A DNA stretch of 64,000 nucleotides from an uncultured Alphaproteobacteria bacterium (GTDB taxonomy: Bacteria > Pseudomonadota > Alphaproteobacteria > ATCC43930 > CGMCC-115725), in NCBI GenBank assembly GCA_963700195.1, contig CAVOWQ010000030.1, positions 110,313 to 174,312 on the forward strand. The letters are read 5' to 3'. Below are positions 54,501-63,422 of the stretch, one piece after another. The notes beneath the pieces were generated by a model. That model was given only the letters and a program-made list of their open reading frames with translations, did no database searches and was not told the origin of the DNA. The stretch's first letter is position 1, and every line of letters starts with the position of its first letter. Made by a program: the position numbers and the translations under genes.

Positions 54501-56757
54501 GGTGGCCGGGCTCGCCGCCGGCGAGGAGGCCTATGTCACGCTCGCCGCGGTCGACGAGGCGGTGCTCGAGCTGACCGAATTCGATAGCCCGGCGCCCGAG
54601 AAATACTATTTCGGCAAGCGTCAGCTCGGGGTCGAATTGCGCGACCTCTACGGTCGGCTGATCGATGCGCGGGCGAATGCCGTCGGGGTGCTGCGCAGCG
54701 GCGGCGACAGCTTTGCAAAACGCTCGGTCGCCGGTTTGCCTGACAAAAGCAATAAGATCGTCGCTCTGTTCTCCGGCATCGTTCGGCTGGATAGCGACGG
54801 GGCGGCCCGCATCCCGTTCGACATCCCCGACTTCCAGGGCCAGCTGCGGCTGATGGCGGTCGCCTTCTCGGCGCACAAGGTCGGCTCCGCCACCGCCTCG
54901 ATGACGGTCCGCGATCCGGTGGTGACGACGGTGTCGTTGCCGCGCTTTCTCGCCCCCGGCGATGCCGCGCGCATCGGGATCACGATCAACAACCTAGAGG
55001 CCGCGGCTGGAGACTATCACCTGACCTTATCGGCGAGCGGCGCCGCCCAGTTCAAGGGGCCGGCGAGCCGCACCGTGAAGCTCGCTCCCGGCGGGAACTT
55101 CAACGATGGTTTTATCCTGTCCGCGGCGGCGCCCGGTAATGCTGCGCTGAAGCTCGAGCTTTCGGGACCCGGCGCTCTGAAGATCGCGCGCGACTTCACG
55201 ATCGGCGTGCGGCCGGCCCAAGCCTATCAATTGCGCCGCTTTGTCGGTCGGCTGCAGCCGGGAGAGAGCGTCACGCTCGACGACGGCGCGGCGGACGAGT
55301 TCCTGCCGGGCACGGCGGAGGCTTTGCTCAGCGTCAGCCCGCGCCCGGACTGGGACGTCCCGGGCCTATTGCGCACACTTGAGCGCTACGCCTATGGCTG
55401 CCTGGAGCAGACGACCAGTCGGGCCTTGCCTTTGCTCTATGTCGAAGACGCGGCGCGGTTGTGGCGCGCCGATCCGGGCCCAGCGACCGCCGAGACGCTG
55501 GACCGCGCGATCGGACATATCGTGGAGTTGCAACGCTCCGACGGCAGCTTCGGCGTGTGGAGCGATACCGGCGACACAGTGCCGTGGCTCGACGCCTATG
55601 CCACCGATTTTTTGATACGCGCCAAAGAGCACGGCAAGAATGTGCCCGATTTCGCGATCAAATCAGCCGTCAGTTGGCTCCACGATTACGTGCGTCAGGA
55701 GCATACCGAGATCGGCGACCTGCCGGCGCTGGCTTACGCCCATTACGTGCTAGCGCGGGCGAAATCCGACGATCTCGACGGGTTGCGCTATTTCTACGAG
55801 ACTCAGATGGCGCGGTTGCCGACCCAACTCGCCAAGGCGCAAATTGCAGCGGCGCTCGGGCAATATGGCGATATGGCACGCGCCGCCGCCGCTTATGACG
55901 CCGCTCTCGTTCCAGGTCCGCCGCGGTCGGCCGCGATCCGCTATGTCGATTACGGCAGCGAGTTGCGCGACGGCGCCGCCGTTCTGTCGTTTGCCGCCGC
56001 CAATCCCGGCAACCAGGCGCGGCTGACCGCCGTCATCGATCGCATCGCCGAGCGCTTCAGCCGTGCGGGGCGAACCAGCACGCAAGAACAGGCCTGGCTC
56101 CTGATGGCGGCCGAAGCGGCGGTAAGGGCCGGCGGCGGCACGATCACGGTCGCCAGCGACGGCGGCGCGCCGCAGTCCCGCAGCGAGCCGCTCTATCTGC
56201 GCCGCCTTCTCGGCTCCGGCACTCCGCCGATGATGATCACCAATCGTGGCGATACCCCCGCCTGGCGCTCGGTCTCGATCACCGGCGTGCCGGCCACCGA
56301 TCTGCCGGCCGAGAGCAGGGGCTATTCGGTGAGCCGCAGCGTGTTCCGGCCGGACGGCACGACGGCCGATCTGAGCAAGGTGCGGCAGACCGACCTGTTC
56401 GTTGTGGTGATCAAGGGGACGCGAACGGACACCTCGGAGCCCGCGCAGACCCTGGTCGTCGATTTGTTGCCGGCCGGCTTCGAGATCGAAACGGCGACCG
56501 TGTCGAAGGGCCGGTCCACGACGGATTATGCCTGGCTCCCCGAACTCACCGATACGACCTACACCGAGCAGCGCGACGATCGCTTCATCGCGGCGCTCGA
56601 CCTTAAAAACGGCGCCAAGGACTTCACCCTCGCCTATGTCGTTCGCGCCGTCACACCCGGCGAATTCAAATACCCGGCGCTCGTCGCCGAGGACATGTAC
56701 GAGCCCGAGACCACCGGGCGAACCGAGATGGGCAAGCTGACCGTCGGTGCACGATAG
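51556..56757 (+). CDS. bacterial alpha-2-macroglobulin family protein (1733 aa, intact) with thioester motif
   Basis: Signal peptide MLRALLVLCLVSAAAPGLAQ. N-terminal TPR-like extension. Many MG-domain repeats. Thioester YGCLEQ at 55398-55409 (CLEQ). Followed by pbpC. Confidence 0.9.
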   Translation: MLRALLVLCLVSAAAPGLAQEYQSKDLAEAASDWRRELIERIPANKRQPAMIAGWRRMAESDYRERRYPAAIDELTRAIANGADDGLVWLRLAQAELATEDDHAMASAYNAYLKSTDPVERGVALFVIGRDYDRHDKQKEALAAFDAGLNFTRLPGIAERAEELRRLVAFRVTKVEIQAEAEWGRACLRFNETVEHKGDVSYSSFVRSQPPLDGIVTARGDTMCLDGMKHGGTYDVEILAGLPAATGERLRETFTTRVVIPDRKPQLRFSGTGYVLPKQGTSGLPLTTVNVDKVKLRLLRVNERNLVPSIDAERLTMSFSSYEVDEIINRTGSLVWEGEMAIAGERNRPVTTAIPLKDMLHEKGPGVYLAVAERTDLMQDQYAEPATNWILVSDLGLAAYKGTDGLAVDVRSLADGKPMTGVAVRLYARNNGELAAATSDAGGIAKFPGGLLRGRGGDEPFVLTAHGPDNDFNFLEIGRPAFDLSDRGVSGRPQPGPVDAFLYTDRGIYRPGETVELVALVRDDKADAMSGLPVGLRLLRPDGIEVEKRQLTGDRLGAYRQSFALPRDARIGAWRVELRLDPKAPPIGTAEFRVEDFVPPQLKVELAAADGPIRPGEAFPVDVDARYYYGAPGAGLTIEAEAVIALDDNPFPKQPGFRFGLVGEEFTGDRSDIEAPPTDENGKARLSVALNDLPDLTSPLAATIRVGVFEPSGRAVYQTVTRPIRQRPVAIGLRSPTGDDAVPEGAEAKLEVIAVDPQGSLISVNGLRFELLRENWEYRWYSVNGVWRHKSNIRSQPIDTGTIDIPADMPASLARQLPAGRYRWEVTDPASGAQSSFRFHVGWWVEAELPDVPDKLEAALDKASYQPGDTAKLFVKAPFAGQAELAIASDRVLSLRALNLPAEGATLEIPVDASWGSGAYALVSAYRPSDAQGNTPGLQQRGPGRAVGVAWLGIDESPRTLAPALAAPDVVRPRSPVEIPVKVAGLAAGEEAYVTLAAVDEAVLELTEFDSPAPEKYYFGKRQLGVELRDLYGRLIDARANAVGVLRSGGDSFAKRSVAGLPDKSNKIVALFSGIVRLDSDGAARIPFDIPDFQGQLRLMAVAFSAHKVGSATASMTVRDPVVTTVSLPRFLAPGDAARIGITINNLEAAAGDYHLTLSASGAAQFKGPASRTVKLAPGGNFNDGFILSAAAPGNAALKLELSGPGALKIARDFTIGVRPAQAYQLRRFVGRLQPGESVTLDDGAADEFLPGTAEALLSVSPRPDWDVPGLLRTLERYAYGCLEQTTSRALPLLYVEDAARLWRADPGPATAETLDRAIGHIVELQRSDGSFGVWSDTGDTVPWLDAYATDFLIRAKEHGKNVPDFAIKSAVSWLHDYVRQEHTEIGDLPALAYAHYVLARAKSDDLDGLRYFYETQMARLPTQLAKAQIAAALGQYGDMARAAAAYDAALVPGPPRSAAIRYVDYGSELRDGAAVLSFAAANPGNQARLTAVIDRIAERFSRAGRTSTQEQAWLLMAAEAAVRAGGGTITVASDGGAPQSRSEPLYLRRLLGSGTPPMMITNRGDTPAWRSVSITGVPATDLPAESRGYSVSRSVFRPDGTTADLSKVRQTDLFVVVIKGTRTDTSEPAQTLVVDLLPAGFEIETATVSKGRSTTDYAWLPELTDTTYTEQRDDRFIAALDLKNGAKDFTLAYVVRAVTPGEFKYPALVAEDMYEPETTGRTEMGKLTVGAR

Positions 56758-56870
56758 GCCCCTCACCCCGACCCTCTCCCCGCAAGCGGGGCGAGGGAGA
56801 AATGAGCCAAATCCCCTCGCCCCGCGTGCTGGGAGAGGGAGGGGCCCGCGCAGCGGGAGGGTGAGGGGCT
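56758..56870. repeat. REP-like repeat cluster (family A) between a2m and pbpC
   Basis: cccctcaccccgaccctctccccgcaagcggggcgaggga..cccctcgccccgcgtgctgggagagggagggg..gggagggtgagggg. Confidence 0.8.
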
Positions 56871-58924
56871 GGCCGCGATGGTTATCCGCCACAATCGTCT
56901 TGTTCTTGGCGGCTGCCGCTTTCTATCGCTCCCTACCAGCGCCATCACTCGATCGAGGGCGTGACGCGTCGGTTCTCGTCCTCGCGGCGGACGGGTCGAT
57001 CTTGCGCGGGTTTCTGACCGCGGACGGCAAATGGCGGCTGCCGATCGAGCCCGACAAGGCCGACCCGCTCTATCGCCGCATGCTGGTCGCCGCCGAGGAT
57101 TCGCGCTTTGCGTGGCATCCCGGCATCGATCCGCTTGCAATGCTGCGCGCTTCCGCGCAACTCGCGCTGAGCAGACATATCGTGTCGGGGGCATCAACCC
57201 TGACGATGCAAGTGGCGCGCCTGCTCGAACCTCACCCCCGCTCGCTCCCGGCAAAGTTCGGCGAAATGGCGAAAGCGCTGGCGCTCGAACGCCGGCTGGC
57301 GAAGGACCAAGTGCTCGGTCTCTACTTGGCGCTGGCCCCGTTCGGCGGCAATCTCGAGGGCGTGCGGGCCGCGAGCCTCGCCTATTTCGGCAAGGAGCCG
57401 GGCCGCCTCTCGGCGGCAGAGTGCGCTTTGCTCGTCGCGATCCCGCGCTCGCCCGAGCGCCTGCGCCCGGACCGCCACCCGGAGGCCGCGCGCGCCGGCC
57501 GCGACCGGGTCCTGCTGCGCATGGCCGAAGCGGGCGTGATCTCGCCCGCGGCTCTCGCCGAGGCGCGCGCGGAGGACATCCCGCGGATTCGGCTCGCCAT
57601 GCCGTTCCGGGCGCCGCATCTCGCGCGGGCATTGCGCAACGAAGATCCGGCCGCCTCGATCCATCGCACGACGATCGACCCGCTTTTGCAGCAGCGGGTC
57701 GAGGATCTGTTGAAGCGCGAAGTCATGGCGCTCGATCCCGAGGCTTCGATAGCCGCGATGGTCGTCGGCAATCGCGACCGGCGGGTGCTGGCGTATGCCG
57801 GCAGTGCGGATTTCGACGCAGCGGCACGTCGCGGGACACTCGATATGGCGCGAGCGGTGCGGTCGCCGGGATCGGCGCTGAAGCCGTTCATCTACGCGAT
57901 GGCCTTCGACCGGCTTCTCATTCACCCGGAGACCGTCCTCGACGACCGTCCCCGGCATTTCGGCGATTACGCGCCCTCTGATTTCGACGGCCGGTTCCAA
58001 GGCGATGTGAGCGCGCGCCAGGCATTGCAATATTCGCTGAACGTGCCGGCGGTCGCGGTGCTCGACCGGCTCGGGCCGGCGCGGTTCACGGCAGCGCTCG
58101 CCGCCGCCGGCGTCAGATTGCGGCTACCCGAGCCGACCGCCGATCCCGGCCTGGCAGTGGCGCTGGGCGGCGCCGGCATCACACTGGCCGATCTGGTGCG
58201 GCTCTATACGGCGCTGTCGAATGGCGGAGAGGTGACGCCGCTGAGGTACCGGAGCGACGGCCCGCTGGTCGCGGGTACCCCGATTTTCGGACCGCTCGGG
58301 GCATGGTATGTCAACGACATCCTGGCCGAGGCGCCGCCACCACCCGGCGTCCTGCCGGCCGAAATCCGCCGTGGCCGGAGACTTGCTTTCAAGACCGGAA
58401 CCTCCTACGGCTATCGCGATTTCTGGGCGGTCGGCTACGACCCGCAATTCACGATCGGGGTCTGGGCGGGGCGGCCCGACGGCACCCCGATGCCGGGGCG
58501 CAGCGGCCGGCTGACCGCGGCGCCGATCCTCTTCAAGATTGCCGACCTCCTGGGTCCGGCAATGCCGCGGAGCGAGACGCCGCCGCCTTCGGGAGCGCTG
58601 CTGGTCACCCGCAATTACCTGCCGGCGCGTCTACAGCGGCTCGATCCCAGGCCGCTGCCGCAGGCGGCCGCATCGGCGGGCGGCCCTCAGATCGTCTATC
58701 CGCCGGACGGGGCGTTGATCGAATGGCGCGGCGAGGAATTGCCGCTCGAGGCGGTCGGCGGCAAACGGCCGTTCCGCTGGCTCGTCGACGGCAAACCTCT
58801 GCCGTCGACGCCGCCGCGCCGGCCAATATACTGGCAACCCGAGGGTGTTGGATTTGCCCGCCTCACCGTCATCGACGGCGAAGGCCGCAGCGCCCACAGC
58901 ACGGTGCGGCTTTCCCCTGATTAA
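56861..58924 (+). CDS. pbpC: penicillin-binding protein 1C (bifunctional transglycosylase/transpeptidase)
   Basis: The listed ORF starts at 56747 inside the REP cluster. In-frame GTG 56861 gives MRGWPRWLSATIVLFLAAAAFY (membrane anchor). AAEDSRFAWHPGID, RLAKDQVLGLYLA.APFGGN (GT51). SPGSALKP (transpeptidase SxxK). Start uncertain. Confidence 0.85.
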   Translation: MRGWPRWLSATIVLFLAAAAFYRSLPAPSLDRGRDASVLVLAADGSILRGFLTADGKWRLPIEPDKADPLYRRMLVAAEDSRFAWHPGIDPLAMLRASAQLALSRHIVSGASTLTMQVARLLEPHPRSLPAKFGEMAKALALERRLAKDQVLGLYLALAPFGGNLEGVRAASLAYFGKEPGRLSAAECALLVAIPRSPERLRPDRHPEAARAGRDRVLLRMAEAGVISPAALAEARAEDIPRIRLAMPFRAPHLARALRNEDPAASIHRTTIDPLLQQRVEDLLKREVMALDPEASIAAMVVGNRDRRVLAYAGSADFDAAARRGTLDMARAVRSPGSALKPFIYAMAFDRLLIHPETVLDDRPRHFGDYAPSDFDGRFQGDVSARQALQYSLNVPAVAVLDRLGPARFTAALAAAGVRLRLPEPTADPGLAVALGGAGITLADLVRLYTALSNGGEVTPLRYRSDGPLVAGTPIFGPLGAWYVNDILAEAPPPPGVLPAEIRRGRRLAFKTGTSYGYRDFWAVGYDPQFTIGVWAGRPDGTPMPGRSGRLTAAPILFKIADLLGPAMPRSETPPPSGALLVTRNYLPARLQRLDPRPLPQAAASAGGPQIVYPPDGALIEWRGEELPLEAVGGKRPFRWLVDGKPLPSTPPRRPIYWQPEGVGFARLTVIDGEGRSAHSTVRLSPD

Positions 58925-58949
58925 ACCCCGGCCTTTGAGGGAGGATAGC

Positions 58950-59765
58950 ATGCCGACGTTCCAGCCCACCGCCGATCTGACGATGCATTATGAAGTCGAC
59001 GACTTCACCGACCCTTGGCGCAAGCCGGAAACGGTGCTGCTATTGCATGGCAATGCCGAAAGCGGCGCCGCCTGGTACGGCTGGGTCCCGCATCTCGCCC
59101 GCCATTATCGCGTGGTGCGTCCCGACATGCGCGGCTTTGGCGCCTCGACGCCGATGCCGCGCGACTTTCCGTGGACGCTCGACCGGCTGATCGAGGATTT
59201 CATCGGCCTGATGGAGAGGCTGGAAAGCCGTCATTTCCATCTGGTCGGCGCCAAGATCGGCGGGACGATCGCGCGCGCGTTTGCCGCGCGCCGTCCCGAA
59301 CGCGTGCAGACCCTGACCGTGGTCGGCACCCCGCCGCCGATGCGCGAAGGGGCCGCCGAGCGCGCCCCCGACCTGGCCGATGAATTCGAAACCAAGGGGG
59401 TCGAGCACTGGGCGCGCCGCACGATGGCGGGCCGTCTCGGCAGCGACTTTCCGCCCGAAGGGGTGGAGTGGTGGATCAAGTTCATGGGCCGCACCGCGGT
59501 ATCGACCCAGATCGGCTTTATGAAGACGATCGCCTGCGCCGACATCCGGGCGGATGTGCCGCAGATCCGCTGCCCGACGCTCGTCATCACGACCGACGGG
59601 AGCGGGCTTGCGTCGGTCGACCAGACCCGGGCCTGGCAGCAGCAGATCCCGGGTTCGACTTTGCTGGTGCTGCCGGGCAACTCCTACCATGTCGCGGCAA
59701 GCCATGCCGCGCGCTGCACCGAGGCGACGCTCGACTTCATTGAACACCACCCGGTCACCGCATGA
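58950..59765 (+). CDS. alpha/beta hydrolase (3-oxoadipate enol-lactonase-like)
   Basis: ATG after GAGGGAGGA. LLLHGNAESGAAWYGWVPHLARHYRVVRPDMRGFG, nucleophile elbow VGAKIGG (non-canonical), C-terminal His region. 271 aa. Confidence 0.8.
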   Translation: MPTFQPTADLTMHYEVDDFTDPWRKPETVLLLHGNAESGAAWYGWVPHLARHYRVVRPDMRGFGASTPMPRDFPWTLDRLIEDFIGLMERLESRHFHLVGAKIGGTIARAFAARRPERVQTLTVVGTPPPMREGAAERAPDLADEFETKGVEHWARRTMAGRLGSDFPPEGVEWWIKFMGRTAVSTQIGFMKTIACADIRADVPQIRCPTLVITTDGSGLASVDQTRAWQQQIPGSTLLVLPGNSYHVAASHAARCTEATLDFIEHHPVTA

Positions 59766-59834
59766 CCAAGAGCTACGGTCATCGGGTCGACATACCTTCG
59801 ATGACTACTGCCGCAGGATAGAGGCTCGTCCTCG

Positions 59835-61442
59835 TCATCCCGCCGCCGGAGCGAGGCGGAAGCGGCAATCGGTATCGCGGGCGATCTGGTTGACGAGGTC
59901 GATCTCCCAGGCGAGATATTCGCGCATATAGCGCTCGCGCTCGGCCGGCCGGTCACGCGCCGACAACGCGACATCGTCGGGCTCGCTCGCAAGCGGCCCC
60001 ATGCCGGCTTCCAGCGGCAGCCCCGCCGCTTTCCACGCTGCGGTGCCGCCGGCCAGCACCTTGACCGGCCGGCGAGTGTGAAGCTCGGCCGCGGCATAGC
60101 GGGCGATGGTTCCGTCTTCGCTGGTCAGCACCAGCTCGCCTTCCTCCGGCAATTTGTCGAGCGCCGCGGCGAGGCGGGCACGGATCGCAAACCAGGCTCC
60201 CGGAATATGGCCCTGCCGGTGTTGCCGGCTCAGCGCCAGATCGACGACGACGGCGGGGTTCGCGCGAAGCTCCGAGGGCTGGACCGACGCCGGCTCGGGA
60301 CCGGCAAGCGGGAAGAAGTCGCTTTTCGCCGCCGGTGCGCCGCGCTCCAACTCCCCGCCCTCCAGCCCGCCATCGAGCACCGCCGCATCCCATCCCATGC
60401 GGCGCAGCCACGACGCCGTCATCCGCGCCCTGACGCCTGTGTCGTCGACCAGCACGATGCGGGCGCCCCAGACGCCGAGCCAGCTGTCTGTTTCTTGCAC
60501 CAATTGGCCGCCGGGAGCCATCGCAGACCCCGGCAGATGGCCGGCGCGGTACTCTGCGGGGTCGCGAACATCCATCAGGTACAGGGTGCGCCGGTCGGCC
60601 TCGCGCTGCCACTCTGCGAGCTTGGCGCGGTCGATGACCGGCACCCCATAGCGCCGGGCCACGGCCTCGGCGCGCTGCCGCGCCGCAGCGACACCCTCGG
60701 CCGAGACTTCCGGGGCGCGCCGGGTTGCGTCCGACACGACGCCGAGCCCGGCGAGGTGCCAGGCCATCGTGCCGTCCTTCAATGAGACGACACGGTTCGG
60801 CACGCCGGCATCGATCAGGGACTGCGCGCCGATGATGCTGCGCGTGCGTCCGCCGCAATTGACGACAACAAAGGTGTCGGGTGACGGCACCAATTCCCGG
60901 AAGCGATAAACGAGCTCGGCGCCGGGCACGCTGATCGCGCCGGGGATCGTGTTCGAATGGTATTCCTCGTAGGACCGGCTGTCGAAGATCGCCATCGGCT
61001 CGCCGCGCTTCTGGCGCTCGGCGAGCTCCTCGGCGCTGATCCACGGCGTGCCGTATTCGTGCTCGACGACCTCGGCGAAGGCCTTGCTCGGCACGTGCAC
61101 GCCGCTATAGACCGGGAACCCGGCAGCCTCCCACGCCGCGACACCGCCGGCCAGCACGGAAACATCGCTATAGCCGCCTTCGATCAGCCGAGCCGCCGCG
61201 CGCTCGGCCAGTCCCTCGCCGTCATCGCAGACGACGATCGGCACCGACCGCCGCGGCAACAGCCCCGGCGCAATCAATTCGAGCCGCGAGAGCGGCAGGC
61301 ACGACGCCATCAGCAGATGCCGCTCGTGAAAGCTCCCCTCCTCGCGCGCATCGACGATCGCGATCTCGCCGCCCGAACGAAACCGCTCGCGCAATTCCGC
61401 CGCCGTTATCTCACGAGGCGTTCCCACCATCGCACCCTCCAT
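59835..61442 (-). CDS. multi-rhodanese-domain sulfurtransferase (four tandem rhodanese folds, one with a catalytic Cys loop)
   Basis: The ORF extends to 61829, but a plausible start is ATG 61442 (GGAGGA upstream) or 61430. Domain 2 has CGGRTRS. The other domains have D or S in place of Cys (VDDTGVRA, TSEDGTIA). Confidence 0.85.
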   Translation of the reverse strand: MEGAMVGTPREITAAELRERFRSGGEIAIVDAREEGSFHERHLLMASCLPLSRLELIAPGLLPRRSVPIVVCDDGEGLAERAAARLIEGGYSDVSVLAGGVAAWEAAGFPVYSGVHVPSKAFAEVVEHEYGTPWISAEELAERQKRGEPMAIFDSRSYEEYHSNTIPGAISVPGAELVYRFRELVPSPDTFVVVNCGGRTRSIIGAQSLIDAGVPNRVVSLKDGTMAWHLAGLGVVSDATRRAPEVSAEGVAAARQRAEAVARRYGVPVIDRAKLAEWQREADRRTLYLMDVRDPAEYRAGHLPGSAMAPGGQLVQETDSWLGVWGARIVLVDDTGVRARMTASWLRRMGWDAAVLDGGLEGGELERGAPAAKSDFFPLAGPEPASVQPSELRANPAVVVDLALSRQHRQGHIPGAWFAIRARLAAALDKLPEEGELVLTSEDGTIARYAAAELHTRRPVKVLAGGTAAWKAAGLPLEAGMGPLASEPDDVALSARDRPAERERYMREYLAWEIDLVNQIARDTDCRFRLAPAAG

Positions 61443-61613
61443 ACCGCGTTCCCTCCTCCGCCACACCGGCGGAGGCCGGTGCCCATGCTTGGAGTAGATC
61501 CCGGCCTTCGCCGGGAAGACAAGGAGGGACATTCTGGCAAAGCGCATTCCCGTTTGCCCGAATTCTCGGCACGCGTCAAAGTCGCTGTCGTGATGCTTGA
61601 GGAGATGGGAAGA

Positions 61614-62024
61614 ATGTCCGAAGGAAGACGCGCGCGGCCGCAGCCGACACCGGAGACGCAGCATTTCTGGGACGGCACGCGGGCGGGCGAATTGCGCCTG
61701 CAGCGCTGCAACGCCTGCGGCAAGGTGTATTTCCCGCCGCGGCCGTTCTGCCCCGCCTGCGCCGCGCGCGACGTCGCGGTGTTCGCGGCGAGCGGCAAGG
61801 GCCGGCTCTACTCCTATGTGATCCACCACCGCCCGGTGCCGGGCTTCACGCCGCCCTATGCGATCGCCGTCGTCGAGCTCGACGAGGGGCCGCGCATGAT
61901 GACCAACATCACCGGCTGCCCGCAGACCCCCGAGGCATTGCAGCTCGACATGCCGGTCGAGGTCGCCTTCGAGAAGCTCGACGACGAGATCACCCTCCCC
62001 CTCTTCCGCCCGGCGCGGAGGTGA
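61614..62024 (+). CDS. Zn-ribbon OB-fold protein (DUF35)
   Basis: ATG 61614 9 nt after GAGGAG. FWDGTRAGELRLQRCNACGKVYFPPRPFCPAC..YSYV..P.PYAIAVVELDEGPRMMTNI. Canonical DUF35. Confidence 0.85.
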   Translation: MSEGRRARPQPTPETQHFWDGTRAGELRLQRCNACGKVYFPPRPFCPACAARDVAVFAASGKGRLYSYVIHHRPVPGFTPPYAIAVVELDEGPRMMTNITGCPQTPEALQLDMPVEVAFEKLDDEITLPLFRPARR

Positions 62025-62029
62025 ACGCG

Positions 62030-63175
62030 ATGAAGCCGAAATCGATCGCCATCGTCGGCGCCGCCGAGACCACCCGGCTCGGCGTCATCCCCGACATGTC
62101 GCAGATCCAATTGCATGCCGACGCCGCGCTCAACGCGATGGCCGATGCCGGCCTCAAACCCGCCGACATCGACGGCATCGCGACCGCCGGCGAGACGCCG
62201 GTGACGGTCGCGCATTATCTCGGCCTCACCCCGAAATGGGTCGACGGCACCGCGGTCGGCGGCTGCTCGTTCATGATCCATGTCCGCCACGCCGCCGCGG
62301 CGATCGCCTCGGGGCTCTGCGAGACGGTGCTGATCACCCATGGCGAGAGCGGCCGCTCCGGCGTCGGGCGCACCCGCAATGTCGTCGCGCCGACCAGCCT
62401 CGCCGGCCAGTTCGAGCAGCCCTATGGGCCGATGGGGCCGCCGACTTTGTTCACGATCCCGGTGCTGCGCTACATGAAGACCTATGGCCTGACGCACGAG
62501 CAACTGGCGATGGTCTCGGTCGTGCAGCGCGAATGGGCCGCGCAAGAACCCGCGCGCCACCTTCAAGGACGCCGATCACCGTCGAGGATGTGCTGAACTC
62601 GCGGATGATCGCCTACCCGTTCCGCCTATTGCAGTGCTGCCTGGTGACCGACGGCGGCGGCGCCTTGATCCTGGTCGCGGCCGAGCGCGCCCGCGACTTC
62701 CCGCAAAAGCCGGTCTACCTGCTCGGCACCGGCGAGAGTCGTCGAGACGCCGATGGTCAGCCAGATGGAGGATTTCACCTCCTCGCGCGCCTTCCGCGTC
62801 GCCGGCCCCAAGGCCTTTGCCGAGGCCGGCATCACCCACAACGACGTCGACCATCTGATGATCTACGACGCCTTCGCGCATCTGCCGATCTACGGCCTCG
62901 AAGATCTCGGCTTTGTGCCGCGCGGCGAGGCCGGCGCCTTCATCGCCGAGCGCAACACCGCCCCCGGCGGCAAACTGCCGCTCAACACCAATGGCGGCGG
63001 CCTCTCCTACATGCATTCCGGCATGTACGGCATGTACGCCTTGCAGGAGAGCGTGCGCCAGATGCGCGGCATCGCCCCCGCCCAAATCCCCGGCGCCAAG
63101 ATCTCGGTCTGCCACGGCGTCGGCGGCATGTTCGCCGCCTCCGGCACGATCATCATGTCGAACGAGCCGCCATAA
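62030..63175 (+). CDS. thiolase-like (SCP-x type, non-condensing) protein; two apparent frameshifts (about 62545-62560 and about 62735-62750)
   Basis: ATG 62030 8 nt after GGAGG and 5 nt after the DUF35 stop. KSIAIVGAAET..GGCSF, then [37 protein letters not shown], then VETPMVSQMED..PLNTNGGGLS..HGVGGMF. Three frames. Confidence 0.85.
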
Positions 63176-63422
63176 GCGGACGCCTCGTACTATGCGCGCC
63201 CAACGGGCTTTTCCTCGGTGTCACTCATTCTTCTTCGCAGAGTGTGAGGTAGTTCACACTCGCACTCTACCCGCGACGGTATTACGGCATCGTGACACAA
63301 GAGCTCTGGCGCTCAGTTCACGTTCCACCGGATGGCAACGCCGAACCTGATCCGGCGTCACGCTGATAGAAATACTTGCCTTGCCAGAGGTGTGTCGTCG
63401 GACACTGTTCAAGGAGGCAAAT

